A DNA stretch of 35,388 bases, from NCBI GenBank assembly GCA_041623215.1, contig JBFJXH010000005.1, forward strand, positions 1 to 35,388, written 5' to 3'. Position 1 is the first letter of the stretch; each line of letters starts with the position of its first letter. Below, in pieces: positions 8,727 through 16,760 of this stretch. Under the pieces are notes generated by a model. It ran no database searches, was not told the origin of the DNA, and saw only the letters and a list, made by a program, of their open reading frames with translations. This stretch comes from Thermoplasmatota archaeon (lineage in GTDB: Archaea; Thermoplasmatota; E2; JACPAO01; JAHFTW01). The translations under genes and the position numbers were made by a program.

Positions 8727-9568
8727 CGGTTTGCGGGCGGGGTGCCTGGGCCAGCAAGGCCGCCAAAAAGGTCGCGCCAGCGGGCCCGCGGGGACTCCTC
8801 AAGCTCGATGAAGCGCCGGCGCACCAGGTAGCTCGCACCGTCAATCACCACGACGGTTGCAAACAGCACGAGGAGGACCGCGGCGACGCGGGCGTAGTCG
8901 AAGAACTGTAGGTACGTGCTCATGAGTTGGCCGAGGCCGCCGGCGCCAACAAAGCCAATGACTGCCGACGAGCGCACGTTGTATTCCAGCATGAACAGCG
9001 CTTGGGAGCGTAGCGCGTTGGCCGCTTCGGGAAGTCCCACGTGCCAGGCGACGGTTGGGCGGCCAAGGCCCATGGCGCGCACGGCGTCCACGGCATCGCG
9101 GGGAATGCCTTCGAAGGCCTCTGATTGTAACTTGGCGAGGTAGCCAATCGTGTAGAAGGTCATGGCGACCACGCCGGCGAACGGTCCTGGGCCAACGACA
9201 ATGACGGCGAGGACGGCCCACAGGATGCTGGGTAAGACACGGATGGCACTTGCCAGTAAGCGAATCGGGGTCGCGAGCCAGACTGGGAAGAGGTTGCGAG
9301 CGGCCAATAATCCGAGCGGCAGCGCCACGGCGAGGCCAAAGACGGTGGCCAGGATCGCAATTTGGAGTGTTTCTTGCAGCGCCTGCCCAATCAATTCGCC
9401 GGTACTCCAATCGGGCGGCCAAAATGAGTCCGCCAGATTCACCACGGCGCGACCGGCTCGGCCGATTCGGCTGAGGTCCATGTCCAGCCCGGTCCAGGCC
9501 CACACGAACGCCGCCAACAACGCGAGGGCGGGAAGGAAAGTAAGGGCGCGGCGGAGCGTGAGGGTCAA
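8723..9568 (-). CDS. phnE: PhnE/PtxC-family ABC importer permease
   Basis: ETLQIAILAT, IRVLPSILWA, GPFAGVVA, LAKLQSEAFE and EYNVRSSAVIGFVGAGGLG motifs. Family assignment only; the substrate may be iron (see findings). Confidence 0.88.
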   Translation of the reverse strand: MTLTLRRALTFLPALALLAAFVWAWTGLDMDLSRIGRAGRAVVNLADSFWPPDWSTGELIGQALQETLQIAILATVFGLAVALPLGLLAARNLFPVWLATPIRLLASAIRVLPSILWAVLAVIVVGPGPFAGVVAMTFYTIGYLAKLQSEAFEGIPRDAVDAVRAMGLGRPTVAWHVGLPEAANALRSQALFMLEYNVRSSAVIGFVGAGGLGQLMSTYLQFFDYARVAAVLLVLFATVVVIDGASYLVRRRFIELEESPRARWRDLFGGLAGPGTPPANR

Positions 9569-9594
9569 GGGGCCGTTCTCCGGCCGTGTGGCGG

Positions 9595-10272
9595 CTATGC
9601 TTCCACCTCGAGCAGTTTGCCATCATGCAGCGCGTAGACGCGGTCGGCGACGCGACGTGCCTGTTCCAATCGGTGCTCGACGAGCACGACGGCGGTGCCT
9701 TCGTCCCGTCTCAGTTGGTCAACGGCTTCGGCTACCACGGCTGCATTGCGTTCGTCCAATTCCCCCAGAAATTCGTCTGCCAGCAGGAGGCGTGGGCGCT
9801 GGACCAGGGTTCGCGCCACGGCGACACGTCGTTGCTGGCCGCCCGACAAGCGGCGAATTGGGTCGTGTGCTTTGTCGGCCAGTCCGACTGCTTCTAGCGC
9901 GGCCATGCTGCGCTGGGTAGCTCCAGGGGGCGAGCGGTGGAGCAGCGATTGCAAGGGCGTCGCCAGGTGCAGCGCGCCGTGTTGGACGTTGTCGAGCACC
10001 GATGTGTGTCGCACGAGTCCAAGGCGTTGCGGCACGTAGCCGATGGTGCCCTTGGGAGGGCGGTCGGGGTGTGGGTGGCCGAGGCGTTCAACGTGCCCGC
10101 TGCGCACCGGGAGGAGCCCAGCGATGACCTTGAGTAGGGTGGACTTGCCGCAGCCGGATTCGCCCATGATGGCCACCGCTTCGCCGTGCCCGACGTGGAG
10201 GTCAATGCCTCGTACGACGTCGCTGTGGCTGCCGTAGCCAGCGTGGAGGTTACGCAGCCGTAGGGCGCTCAC
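9595..10272 (-). CDS. phnC: PhnC-like ABC importer ATP-binding protein
   Basis: Walker A GESGCGKS, LSGGQQRRV, LLLADE, VEH switch; lies between the binding protein and phnE. Confidence 0.85.
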   Translation of the reverse strand: MSALRLRNLHAGYGSHSDVVRGIDLHVGHGEAVAIMGESGCGKSTLLKVIAGLLPVRSGHVERLGHPHPDRPPKGTIGYVPQRLGLVRHTSVLDNVQHGALHLATPLQSLLHRSPPGATQRSMAALEAVGLADKAHDPIRRLSGGQQRRVAVARTLVQRPRLLLADEFLGELDERNAAVVAEAVDQLRRDEGTAVVLVEHRLEQARRVADRVYALHDGKLLEVEA

Positions 10273-10291
10273 TGGGGCTCAGTCCCCGGGT

Positions 10292-11269
10292 TCATTTTGC
10301 CTCGGCATAGCCTTCGATGCCGGGCAGGTGGGCGATGAGGCTGCCGTAGCCACCGAGGTGGTCTTCGGTCGCAACGGTGCGCAGCTCCGACGTTCCAAAG
10401 ACGCCTTCCAAGACGGCGCGTCCCTGCTCGTTGTGGTGCATCGTGGTGAGTGCGATGACCATTTCATCGCGCACGTGGCTCTCCATGTCGGGCCGGACCA
10501 TGATGGGGTGTTCCGGCACCGGGCCAAAGGCTACCAGTTGGCGGTATTGGTCGAGAGGGAGGCACCATTCGCGCTCCAAAGCCCCTTTCTCATCGCAGTA
10601 ATCGGTGGGGGTGGTGTCGCGCACGAAGGCGACGTCGCCCGCGCCGGTACTGAGGCAGCGAAGCGCACCTTCGTAGCCGCCGTACTCGCCGCCAATCACG
10701 GGGTCGACGAAGAAGTCGCGAGCCATGCGTTCAACTTGGCTGATGTCGTCGGCGTAGCTGCTGGGGTCGATGTAGAAGTTGGCCACAAGGTAACTCATGG
10801 GGAGGAACATACCGGCACTCTTGGTTGCGCCTGTGTGGCAACTCGTGACGCCGTCGGCGAGGTCAGGGGCGTCCATGATGGCCGAATCGTTTTGGACCCA
10901 GGCGGTGGCAACGTAGTGTGTGCGGCCGTCGCTTCGGACTTCACTGGCCACCGCCTCAAGGCCGAGGCGTTGCCAAGCTAGCCATGCGGCGGCGCCGTCG
11001 ACGCTGGCGAAGTCTGCTTGCCCTGCATGTACAGCGGCTAGCGCGGCGGTACTGGAATCAAAGAAGTACACATCCACGTTGCCACCCACGGCTCCTTCCA
11101 GGTAGTTGGCTAGGGCGTCGGGGTGCTGATGCGGTTCAAGGGCCGTGTCCTTGCCGACGAAGGCGATGCGGATGTCGTGGCTGTGGCCGACCTCCTGGTT
11201 GGTGCATCCGGCCAGTGCGGTGGTGGTGACGGCCACCAAGGCAATCACCATGAGCAGGTTTCGAGTCAT
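10292..11269 (-). CDS. PhnD/SsuA/transferrin-family substrate-binding lipoprotein; single transferrin-like lobe
   Basis: Lipobox LAGC22; motifs ADFASVDG, THYVATAWV, SCHTGATKSAG, YGGYEGALRCLSTGAGDVAFV and VPEH match transferrin lobe motifs. Confidence 0.9.
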   Translation of the reverse strand: MTRNLLMVIALVAVTTTALAGCTNQEVGHSHDIRIAFVGKDTALEPHQHPDALANYLEGAVGGNVDVYFFDSSTAALAAVHAGQADFASVDGAAAWLAWQRLGLEAVASEVRSDGRTHYVATAWVQNDSAIMDAPDLADGVTSCHTGATKSAGMFLPMSYLVANFYIDPSSYADDISQVERMARDFFVDPVIGGEYGGYEGALRCLSTGAGDVAFVRDTTPTDYCDEKGALEREWCLPLDQYRQLVAFGPVPEHPIMVRPDMESHVRDEMVIALTTMHHNEQGRAVLEGVFGTSELRTVATEDHLGGYGSLIAHLPGIEGYAEAK

Positions 11270-11293
11270 CGAAACCTTGCCACACAGGTAGCG

Positions 11294-11320
11294 TATTTAG
11301 CGATTTTCGGGGCGGCTAAA
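11294..11320 (-). promoter_or_regulatory. TATA box (CTAAATA) with adjacent candidate DtxR-family operator TTTAG-N6-CGAAA
   Basis: The minus strand reads GTTTAGCCGCCCCGAAAATCGCTAAATAC, ending about 24 nt before the binding-protein ATG. Confidence 0.55.
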
Positions 11321-11388
11321 CTCGTGGTTAGGGGCGGGTGGTGCGTGGTGGGCGTCGGCGGTCGTGGGGGTCGGCGGCGGGGTCAAGC

Positions 11389-11883
11389 TCACCCAATCTG
11401 GTCTTTCACTTTCCGCGTCACATCTAGGGGGCGCCCGAGGCGCCCTTCGAGGAAGCCGGCCATCCAAGTTTCCATCGGCTGCGGTAACGTATGCTCCATG
11501 TCGCACGCCGCGTCGTGTGCGTCGCCATGTGCCATGCCGCAGACCTCCTGCAAGAATGCCTGCAAGACGCGGTGCTTCTCCAATTGCCGCCGCCCCACGT
11601 CGCGGCCATCAGGTGTCAGCACCACGCCCTTGTAGGGTTCGTACACAACCATGCCGGCCTTCTCCAGCTTCTGAATCATGTCCGTGACGCTGGGCGGAGC
11701 GACGCCAAGTTCCTTGGCAATTTCGCCGGTCCGGGCGACGGTGCCAACGACCTCAAGGCGGTAAATCGTCTCCAGGTATTCCTGCATCTGCTCCGTCACA
11801 TCCGCCAGCGCTGCCCCTTGGTCGGTGGGCGCCGTGCCGGGGGCCGCGGGTGTTTGGACGTCATTGACCTTGGCGACTGCCAC
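11389..11883 (-). CDS. DtxR/MntR family metal-dependent transcriptional regulator (no FeoA domain)
   Basis: QEYLETIY, HTH IAKELGVAPPSVTDM, LTPDG, KHRVL and HDAACDMEH. Start is uncertain (GTG 11883 or later); the track start overlaps the upstream gene. Confidence 0.92.
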   Translation of the reverse strand: MAVAKVNDVQTPAAPGTAPTDQGAALADVTEQMQEYLETIYRLEVVGTVARTGEIAKELGVAPPSVTDMIQKLEKAGMVVYEPYKGVVLTPDGRDVGRRQLEKHRVLQAFLQEVCGMAHGDAHDAACDMEHTLPQPMETWMAGFLEGRLGRPLDVTRKVKDQIG

Positions 11884-11895
11884 AAGGCGGCCAGG

Positions 11896-11911
11896 ATGAG
11901 GCTGGCCTAAA
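11896..11911 (-). promoter_or_regulatory. Candidate autoregulatory DtxR operator TTTAGGCCAGCCTCAT
   Basis: Imperfect palindrome just upstream of the regulator; resembles the DtxR/IdeR core TTAGGTTAGCCTAA. Confidence 0.5.
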
Positions 11912-13067
11912 GTGTGATGCGGCCAGGTTCCGGTGCATCCCAATCGATGTCCGGCAGCACATGGCGCTTCAGCAGTTCCTGCTGCATCTGCGTCGTTTCG
12001 CCAAAGAACCAAGCCGTCCGAACGTCACGCGCGAACCGCTCCGTTCCGCCCTCCCGCATGAAGCCCGTGCCGCCCTGCACGCGAATGGCGGAACGGGTTA
12101 GGGGCACAGCCGCTTCGTTGGCAAACGCCTTCGCACGGGCGGCCCAGGCCGCTGCATCATCTTCGTCCAAGCGGCCAGCCGCTTGCAGCGTCAGTGCTCG
12201 GCTTGCCGCCACGGTCGTGTCCATGTCCATCACGGTGCCACTGACCGCCTGGTACGTGCCAATGGGCCGGCCGAATTGGACACGGTCTTGGGCAAAGCGC
12301 GCGGCGGCGGCCAAGCTCCCCGTGATGGCGCCATTCAAGATGCTCGCGGCGGCTACCTTCAGCCAAGGCCGCACCGCCTCGAGCAATTCGAGTCCAGCAC
12401 CGGGTGCACCGACGATGTGCTCGGCTGGAACCGCAACTTGGTCGAAGTATACCACGCGCATGCCGGCTGCCCGCAGACCCATGATCGGGTCGTTGGCAGC
12501 AATCGTGACGCCTTTGGCGTCCCGCGGCACGTAGGCCCATGTCGGCCCCTCGGGGCCCTGGCCAAGGACCAGGAAGTGCGGTGCATCGCTAGCGGCGACA
12601 CCCCAAGTCTTCCGGCCGGACAACACGAAGCCGTCGTCCGCAGGAACGAGCGTCGTGCCGATGCCGCCCGTGTCGCTTCCGCTGGCCTCCTCCGTAACCA
12701 GATGCGCGACCAACTCACCGCCGACGGCGCGGGGCACTAAGTCGCTGCGCAGGGCATCCGGCGCGTCCAGCAGCAATCGCAAGCCCACGGCGTTGTGAAC
12801 CGCTAGGACGGCTGCCAGCGCCGGGTCAACGCGAGCCACTTCGTCGATGGCTGCCGCCATCGCGGTCGGCGTCACACCCGCGCCGCCGTCGTCAGCCGAG
12901 ATGCCCATGCCGGTCAGGCCTAGGCCTGCGGCCGCCTGCACTGCCTCGGTGGGGAATGCGTCATAGCGGTCACGTTCCTGGGCAGCATCTAGGCCCACGA
13001 CGTCGGTGGCAAACTGCCGAACCATGTCGCGAATCATCTGCTCGTCGTCGCTCAAGCTGAAAGGCAC
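11907..13067 (-). CDS. Acyl-CoA dehydrogenase family protein
   Basis: TEEASGSD, LSGRKTW, MGLRA, RVQFGRPIGTYQAV, QGGTGFM and ERFARD motifs. Confidence 0.92.
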   Translation of the reverse strand: MPFSLSDDEQMIRDMVRQFATDVVGLDAAQERDRYDAFPTEAVQAAAGLGLTGMGISADDGGAGVTPTAMAAAIDEVARVDPALAAVLAVHNAVGLRLLLDAPDALRSDLVPRAVGGELVAHLVTEEASGSDTGGIGTTLVPADDGFVLSGRKTWGVAASDAPHFLVLGQGPEGPTWAYVPRDAKGVTIAANDPIMGLRAAGMRVVYFDQVAVPAEHIVGAPGAGLELLEAVRPWLKVAAASILNGAITGSLAAAARFAQDRVQFGRPIGTYQAVSGTVMDMDTTVAASRALTLQAAGRLDEDDAAAWAARAKAFANEAAVPLTRSAIRVQGGTGFMREGGTERFARDVRTAWFFGETTQMQQELLKRHVLPDIDWDAPEPGRITL

Positions 13068-13160
13068 GTCGCACGGATTCAGGGCCGACTTGAAAATGTC
13101 AAGGGTGCCGGGGTTCGGCGCAATCGTACCGGTTCACGCCTGGCCGTGCGGTCAGGTTGG

Positions 13161-13209
13161 AAAGGGTGGGTTCCGCAGGGGGCGGAAGTCAAAGGAAAAA
13201 TGGGGAAGG
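13161..13209 (-). terminator. Probable terminator downstream of the cold-shock gene
   Basis: Minus-strand pyrimidine tract CCTTCCCCATTTTTCCTTT followed by a TTCCGC/GCGGAA hairpin. Confidence 0.45.
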
Positions 13210-13245
13210 TCGGCTTACGCCGAGTCAGCTGAAACGTGCGGTCGC

Positions 13246-13437
13246 CTAAACGGCGCGAACGTTCTTGGCGCGGGGGCCACGGTCGGAGGCTTCCGTCTCG
13301 TATTCGACGGTCATGCCTTCGCGGGGCTCACCTTCAAACGCCGAATGGTGAAAGAAGATGTCCGAGTCGCTTCCTTCGGTCTTAATGAAGCCGAAGCCTT
13401 TGTCGCTGACAAAACGGGTGATGGTTCCTGTTGCCAT
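13246..13437 (-). CDS. Cold-shock protein (CspA family)
   Basis: MATGTITRF..KGFGFI (RNP1), DIFFHHS (RNP2), RGPRAKNV; ATG 13437 lies 21 nt after TATATA. Confidence 0.95.
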   Translation of the reverse strand: MATGTITRFVSDKGFGFIKTEGSDSDIFFHHSAFEGEPREGMTVEYETEASDRGPRAKNVRAV

Positions 13438-13562
13438 GCTTCGTGCTACACACGCTAGTATATAGTCGCGTGAACCCGCGGATGGGAGAATGAACGCGTC
13501 CAATCTGGGCCGATTCGCGGCCAAGACGGCCGAGCTCCACCAGGGTCACGTACCCCGGGCTC

Positions 13563-14057
13563 CTATTCGAAACGGGCAATGGCTTCCAATTCGAAAGGTA
13601 CGCCAAGGGGCAATTCCGCCATGCCAACGGCAGAGCGGGCATGGACGCCGCGGTCCCCAAATGCCTGATGGATGAGCAGGCTGGCGCCGTTTGTGACCAA
13701 GTGAATATCGGTAAACCCGGGGGCCACGTTGACGAAGCCCGACAGACGCACGACACGTACGTCATCGAGGGTTTTTCCCGCCGAGGCGGCAGCCTCCTTC
13801 AGAACCGCGATGACATTCAGGGCACAGGTCTGTGCAACAGCCTGCGCGCTGGCCAAATCGTGCGCGGCTCCAACACTCGCATCGCCTACCTTGCCCGTGG
13901 CGGACAATTGCCCGTCGACCATGGGGATTTGGCCGCTGACGTAGATGGTGCTTCCACTGATGCTGTAGGGCACGTAAGCAGCAGCCGGCGGCGGGGGAGA
14001 CGGCAGGTGCATCCCGGCTTCGGCAAGGCGCGTTTCAACGACGCTTGCAGGGCTCAT
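13563..14057 (-). CDS. RidA/YjgF family protein
   Basis: AAYVP, IYVSGQIP, NGAS and HARSAVGMAELPLGVPFELE; start moved to ATG 14057. Confidence 0.92.
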   Translation of the reverse strand: MSPASVVETRLAEAGMHLPSPPPPAAAYVPYSISGSTIYVSGQIPMVDGQLSATGKVGDASVGAAHDLASAQAVAQTCALNVIAVLKEAAASAGKTLDDVRVVRLSGFVNVAPGFTDIHLVTNGASLLIHQAFGDRGVHARSAVGMAELPLGVPFELEAIARFE

Positions 14058-14183
14058 GGGATGAAGCACGGCCCCGCTGCGTTTGATTTTGTCCGTCCAC
14101 GCGGACACCGTGAAGGGTATCATGGGGGAGGCTGATGCGGCTTTTCTGGGCCCCAGGACCCTGTGGCCCTAGGAAGTCTGTGC

Positions 14184-14594
14184 ATGCCATCCAACATCAC
14201 CGCCCCGCAAACCAGCATTCTAGCCGCCGCTCCGTGTCACGTCACCCTGTCGTGCACGAACCTTGCCCGAACCCGTGATTTCTACGAAAACACGCTGGGC
14301 TTGCCAGTAGTAGATCAATCCGATGAGCTCGGAATCATGCTCTCGGCTGGCGGACAGACGCGCATTTACATCTACCCCCGCGACGACCCTCCGCTTGCCC
14401 AAAACACCGTGGCTGCCTTCCAGGTGGCCGACGTACGCGGCGCCGTTGCCGCACTACGGGACCGTGGCGTTGTTTTCGAGGAGTACGACCTACCAGGCCT
14501 CAAGACCGTGGACGGGATTGCTACCATGGGCAATAACGAGGGCGCCTGGTTCAAGGATCCCGACGGCAACATCATTGGCATCAGCGAACAGTAG
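14184..14594 (+). CDS. VOC (glyoxalase/bleomycin resistance) family protein
   Basis: RDFYENTLGL, LRDRGVVFEEYD, AWFKDPDGNII. Confidence 0.9.
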   Translation: MPSNITAPQTSILAAAPCHVTLSCTNLARTRDFYENTLGLPVVDQSDELGIMLSAGGQTRIYIYPRDDPPLAQNTVAAFQVADVRGAVAALRDRGVVFEEYDLPGLKTVDGIATMGNNEGAWFKDPDGNIIGISEQ

Positions 14595-14717
14595 TTCCTG
14601 GTGGCTCGAGGCCGCGACGGGCGATGCGGGCGCAGCGTGTACGTGAACCTGTCCACTCACGGCTAACAGGTGCCCCATACCGCTTTATCGCGCACGCCGC
14701 GTCGCCGGCTTCGTCCC

Positions 14718-15485
14718 ATGACGACCATTGCAGTCCTCGTGAAGATGGCTCCTGACGTGAGCCAGCTCAAGATTGACCCTGCCACCCAGGCGCCAAAGAT
14801 GGAAGGCCTGCCGTGGAAGGTGAGTGATTTTGACAAGCACGCCGTCGAGGCCGCCGTGAAACTCAAGGAGGCAGGCCAGGCAGACAAGATTGTCGCCTAC
14901 ACCTACAATCCCGGCCCCACCGGCGGCAACCTCATCAAGGAACCGCTGGCCATGGGCTGCGACGAAGCCGTCGTCATCACCGGCCCGCCCACGGACGGTG
15001 CAGGTACCAGTAAGGTGCTGGCCAAAGCCATCGAGGCGGACGGCGGAGCGGACTTAGTGTTCGCCGGCGAGGTAAGCATTGACCGCGTGGCGGGCGAAGT
15101 TGGCAGCCGCGTCGCGGCGCTACTTGGCATGCCGAGTCTGTACAATACGCAGGCAATCCAAGGCATTGAGGGTGGGGCGCTTCTGGCCACACGCGATGCT
15201 GAGCAAAGCGAGACGGTCAAGGTACCCTTGCCGGTTGCTTGCACCATGAACGACGAAATCAACCATCCCCGCTTGCCCGCGCTCATGCAAATCTTGCAGG
15301 CTGGCAAGAAGCCGATTCATAACAAGACCACCGCGGATCTTGGCCTGTCGGATGCGGACCTAGGAGTTGTCATGCAAGCCACTGCCATGGTCGCCCCGAA
15401 GCAGGACCGCAAGAAGGTGGTGCTTTCGGGTGACGACGCCGTTGGCGAACTTGTTGCTGCTCTCAAGAAGGAAGGTGCATTGTAA
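14718..15485 (+). CDS. etfB: Electron transfer flavoprotein beta subunit
   Basis: IAVLVKMAPD, FDKHAVEAAVKLKE, LAMGCDEA, INHPRLP; start ATG 14718 after TTTATC. Confidence 0.93.
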   Translation: MTTIAVLVKMAPDVSQLKIDPATQAPKMEGLPWKVSDFDKHAVEAAVKLKEAGQADKIVAYTYNPGPTGGNLIKEPLAMGCDEAVVITGPPTDGAGTSKVLAKAIEADGGADLVFAGEVSIDRVAGEVGSRVAALLGMPSLYNTQAIQGIEGGALLATRDAEQSETVKVPLPVACTMNDEINHPRLPALMQILQAGKKPIHNKTTADLGLSDADLGVVMQATAMVAPKQDRKKVVLSGDDAVGELVAALKKEGAL

Positions 15486-16327
15486 TGGTCAAGATTCTCG
15501 CGTGGAGCGATTCCGACGACATTTGCCCGCAATTGCGGTCCGAAGCCAAGCGCCGAGGCGATGCGGTTACGCTGGACCGCAGTGGCTTTCCCGACGCGAA
15601 CCCCGACACGATTGCCCGCGGCTTGGCCGCCGCAGCCGCCGAGGCAGGCGCAGATCTTGTGCTCATCGGCTCCACCAAGCTTGGCAAGGACATTGGCCCA
15701 CGCGTGGCCGCGCTTCTTGAGCGCCCCTACGCTGCGGACATCCAAGAATTGGAAACCTCGGACGGGATTGCCGTCAAGCGCATGGTCCTTTCCGGCAATT
15801 GCATGGCCACCTACAAGATGGGTGCAAGTGGCGTTTGCACGGCCGGCGTAGGCATCTTCGAAGAGGGCGACGCAGAGGTCCCGACCCTGGCGCCTGCCGG
15901 GGTCGAAGCAAGCTCGGTCCAAATTACTGGCACGGCTGGCGAGGAGGGCGGCGACTTTGACCTTGCCAGCAGTGACTACGTGGTCGGCGTCGGCCGCGGC
16001 TTCAAGGCCCAAGAGGACATCGCGTTGGCCCAGGCGTTGGCGGACAAGCTTCCGGGCGGCGCGGTTGGCTGCAGCCGCCCCGTCGCGGCTGACCTGAAGT
16101 GGCTCGGTGAGGAGCACTGGATTGGCTTGTCGGGCCACCAGATTCGGCCTAAGGTGTACTTCGCAGCCGGCGTGAGCGGCCAAATCCAGCATGTTGCTGG
16201 CATTCGCGGCAGCAAGCTGATTGTGGCCATCAACACCAACAAGGACGCACCGATTTTCCAGGTCTGTGACTACGGTATCGTGGGCGACCTGTACGACGTG
16301 CTGCCTAAGCTCACCAACGCGGTGTGA
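15485..16327 (+). CDS. etfA: Electron transfer flavoprotein alpha subunit
   Basis: VGRG, GCSRPV, IGLSG, GVSGQIQHVAGI, AINTNKDAPIF..CDYGIVGDL; TAATG coupling to etfB. Confidence 0.95.
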   Translation: MVKILAWSDSDDICPQLRSEAKRRGDAVTLDRSGFPDANPDTIARGLAAAAAEAGADLVLIGSTKLGKDIGPRVAALLERPYAADIQELETSDGIAVKRMVLSGNCMATYKMGASGVCTAGVGIFEEGDAEVPTLAPAGVEASSVQITGTAGEEGGDFDLASSDYVVGVGRGFKAQEDIALAQALADKLPGGAVGCSRPVAADLKWLGEEHWIGLSGHQIRPKVYFAAGVSGQIQHVAGIRGSKLIVAINTNKDAPIFQVCDYGIVGDLYDVLPKLTNAV

Positions 16328-16725
16328 TGGCTGTCGACTTCGCGGCGACGCACTCCCGCACCGCACGGGGGTTGCTGCTGGCTTTTGCGTTCCTGGCGGC
16401 AGGCTGCATGGATGGCGAAGCACCACGTTGGACCGAATCAGTCGAGCTATTGCCGGGAAGTGGTCACGAAATTGACCTTGAGCTGGCATCGCGCGCCGTA
16501 GTCGAGTGGGCATGGCAAACCGACGCCCCTGTCCGTTTTGACATTCACACACACCACGATGATGGCACCGTGGAAACCTTCATCGCCGTGACCGACACGG
16601 TCGGCGAGGGTACCTTTACGGCGCCACTTGATGCGGCGTACTCCTGGTATTGGACCCACGAAGCAGGGGACCCGGTTGCCTTGCAGCTTCGAGTCTTACC
16701 GGTGAAGAGTGCGCCAATCTCGTGA
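16327..16725 (+). CDS. Hypothetical lipoprotein (beta-sandwich, His-containing)
   Basis: TGATG overlap with etfA; lipobox AAGC; FDIHTHH and GTFTAP..YSWYW. Confidence 0.65.
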   Translation: MAVDFAATHSRTARGLLLAFAFLAAGCMDGEAPRWTESVELLPGSGHEIDLELASRAVVEWAWQTDAPVRFDIHTHHDDGTVETFIAVTDTVGEGTFTAPLDAAYSWYWTHEAGDPVALQLRVLPVKSAPIS

Positions 16726-16760
16726 CAAGCTTCAAACGCGTGGGCCCTGCCTCCCGCTTG

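Noticed and set aside
8723..11269. Plain phosphonate transporter phnDCE annotation
   Set aside because: The family is right but the function is doubtful: the binding protein has transferrin Fe ligands, a DtxR gene and candidate operators are adjacent, and no phosphonate catabolic genes are in the window.
13246..13437. Bacterial-type cold-shock protein in an archaeon as a novelty
   Set aside because: Csp genes are already known from several archaeal groups.
15317..16552. Long antisense ORF (411 aa) over etfA, and similar shadow ORFs such as 20228-21157 and 34218-35054
   Set aside because: Antisense shadows of well-supported genes caused by high-GC codon bias; no motifs.
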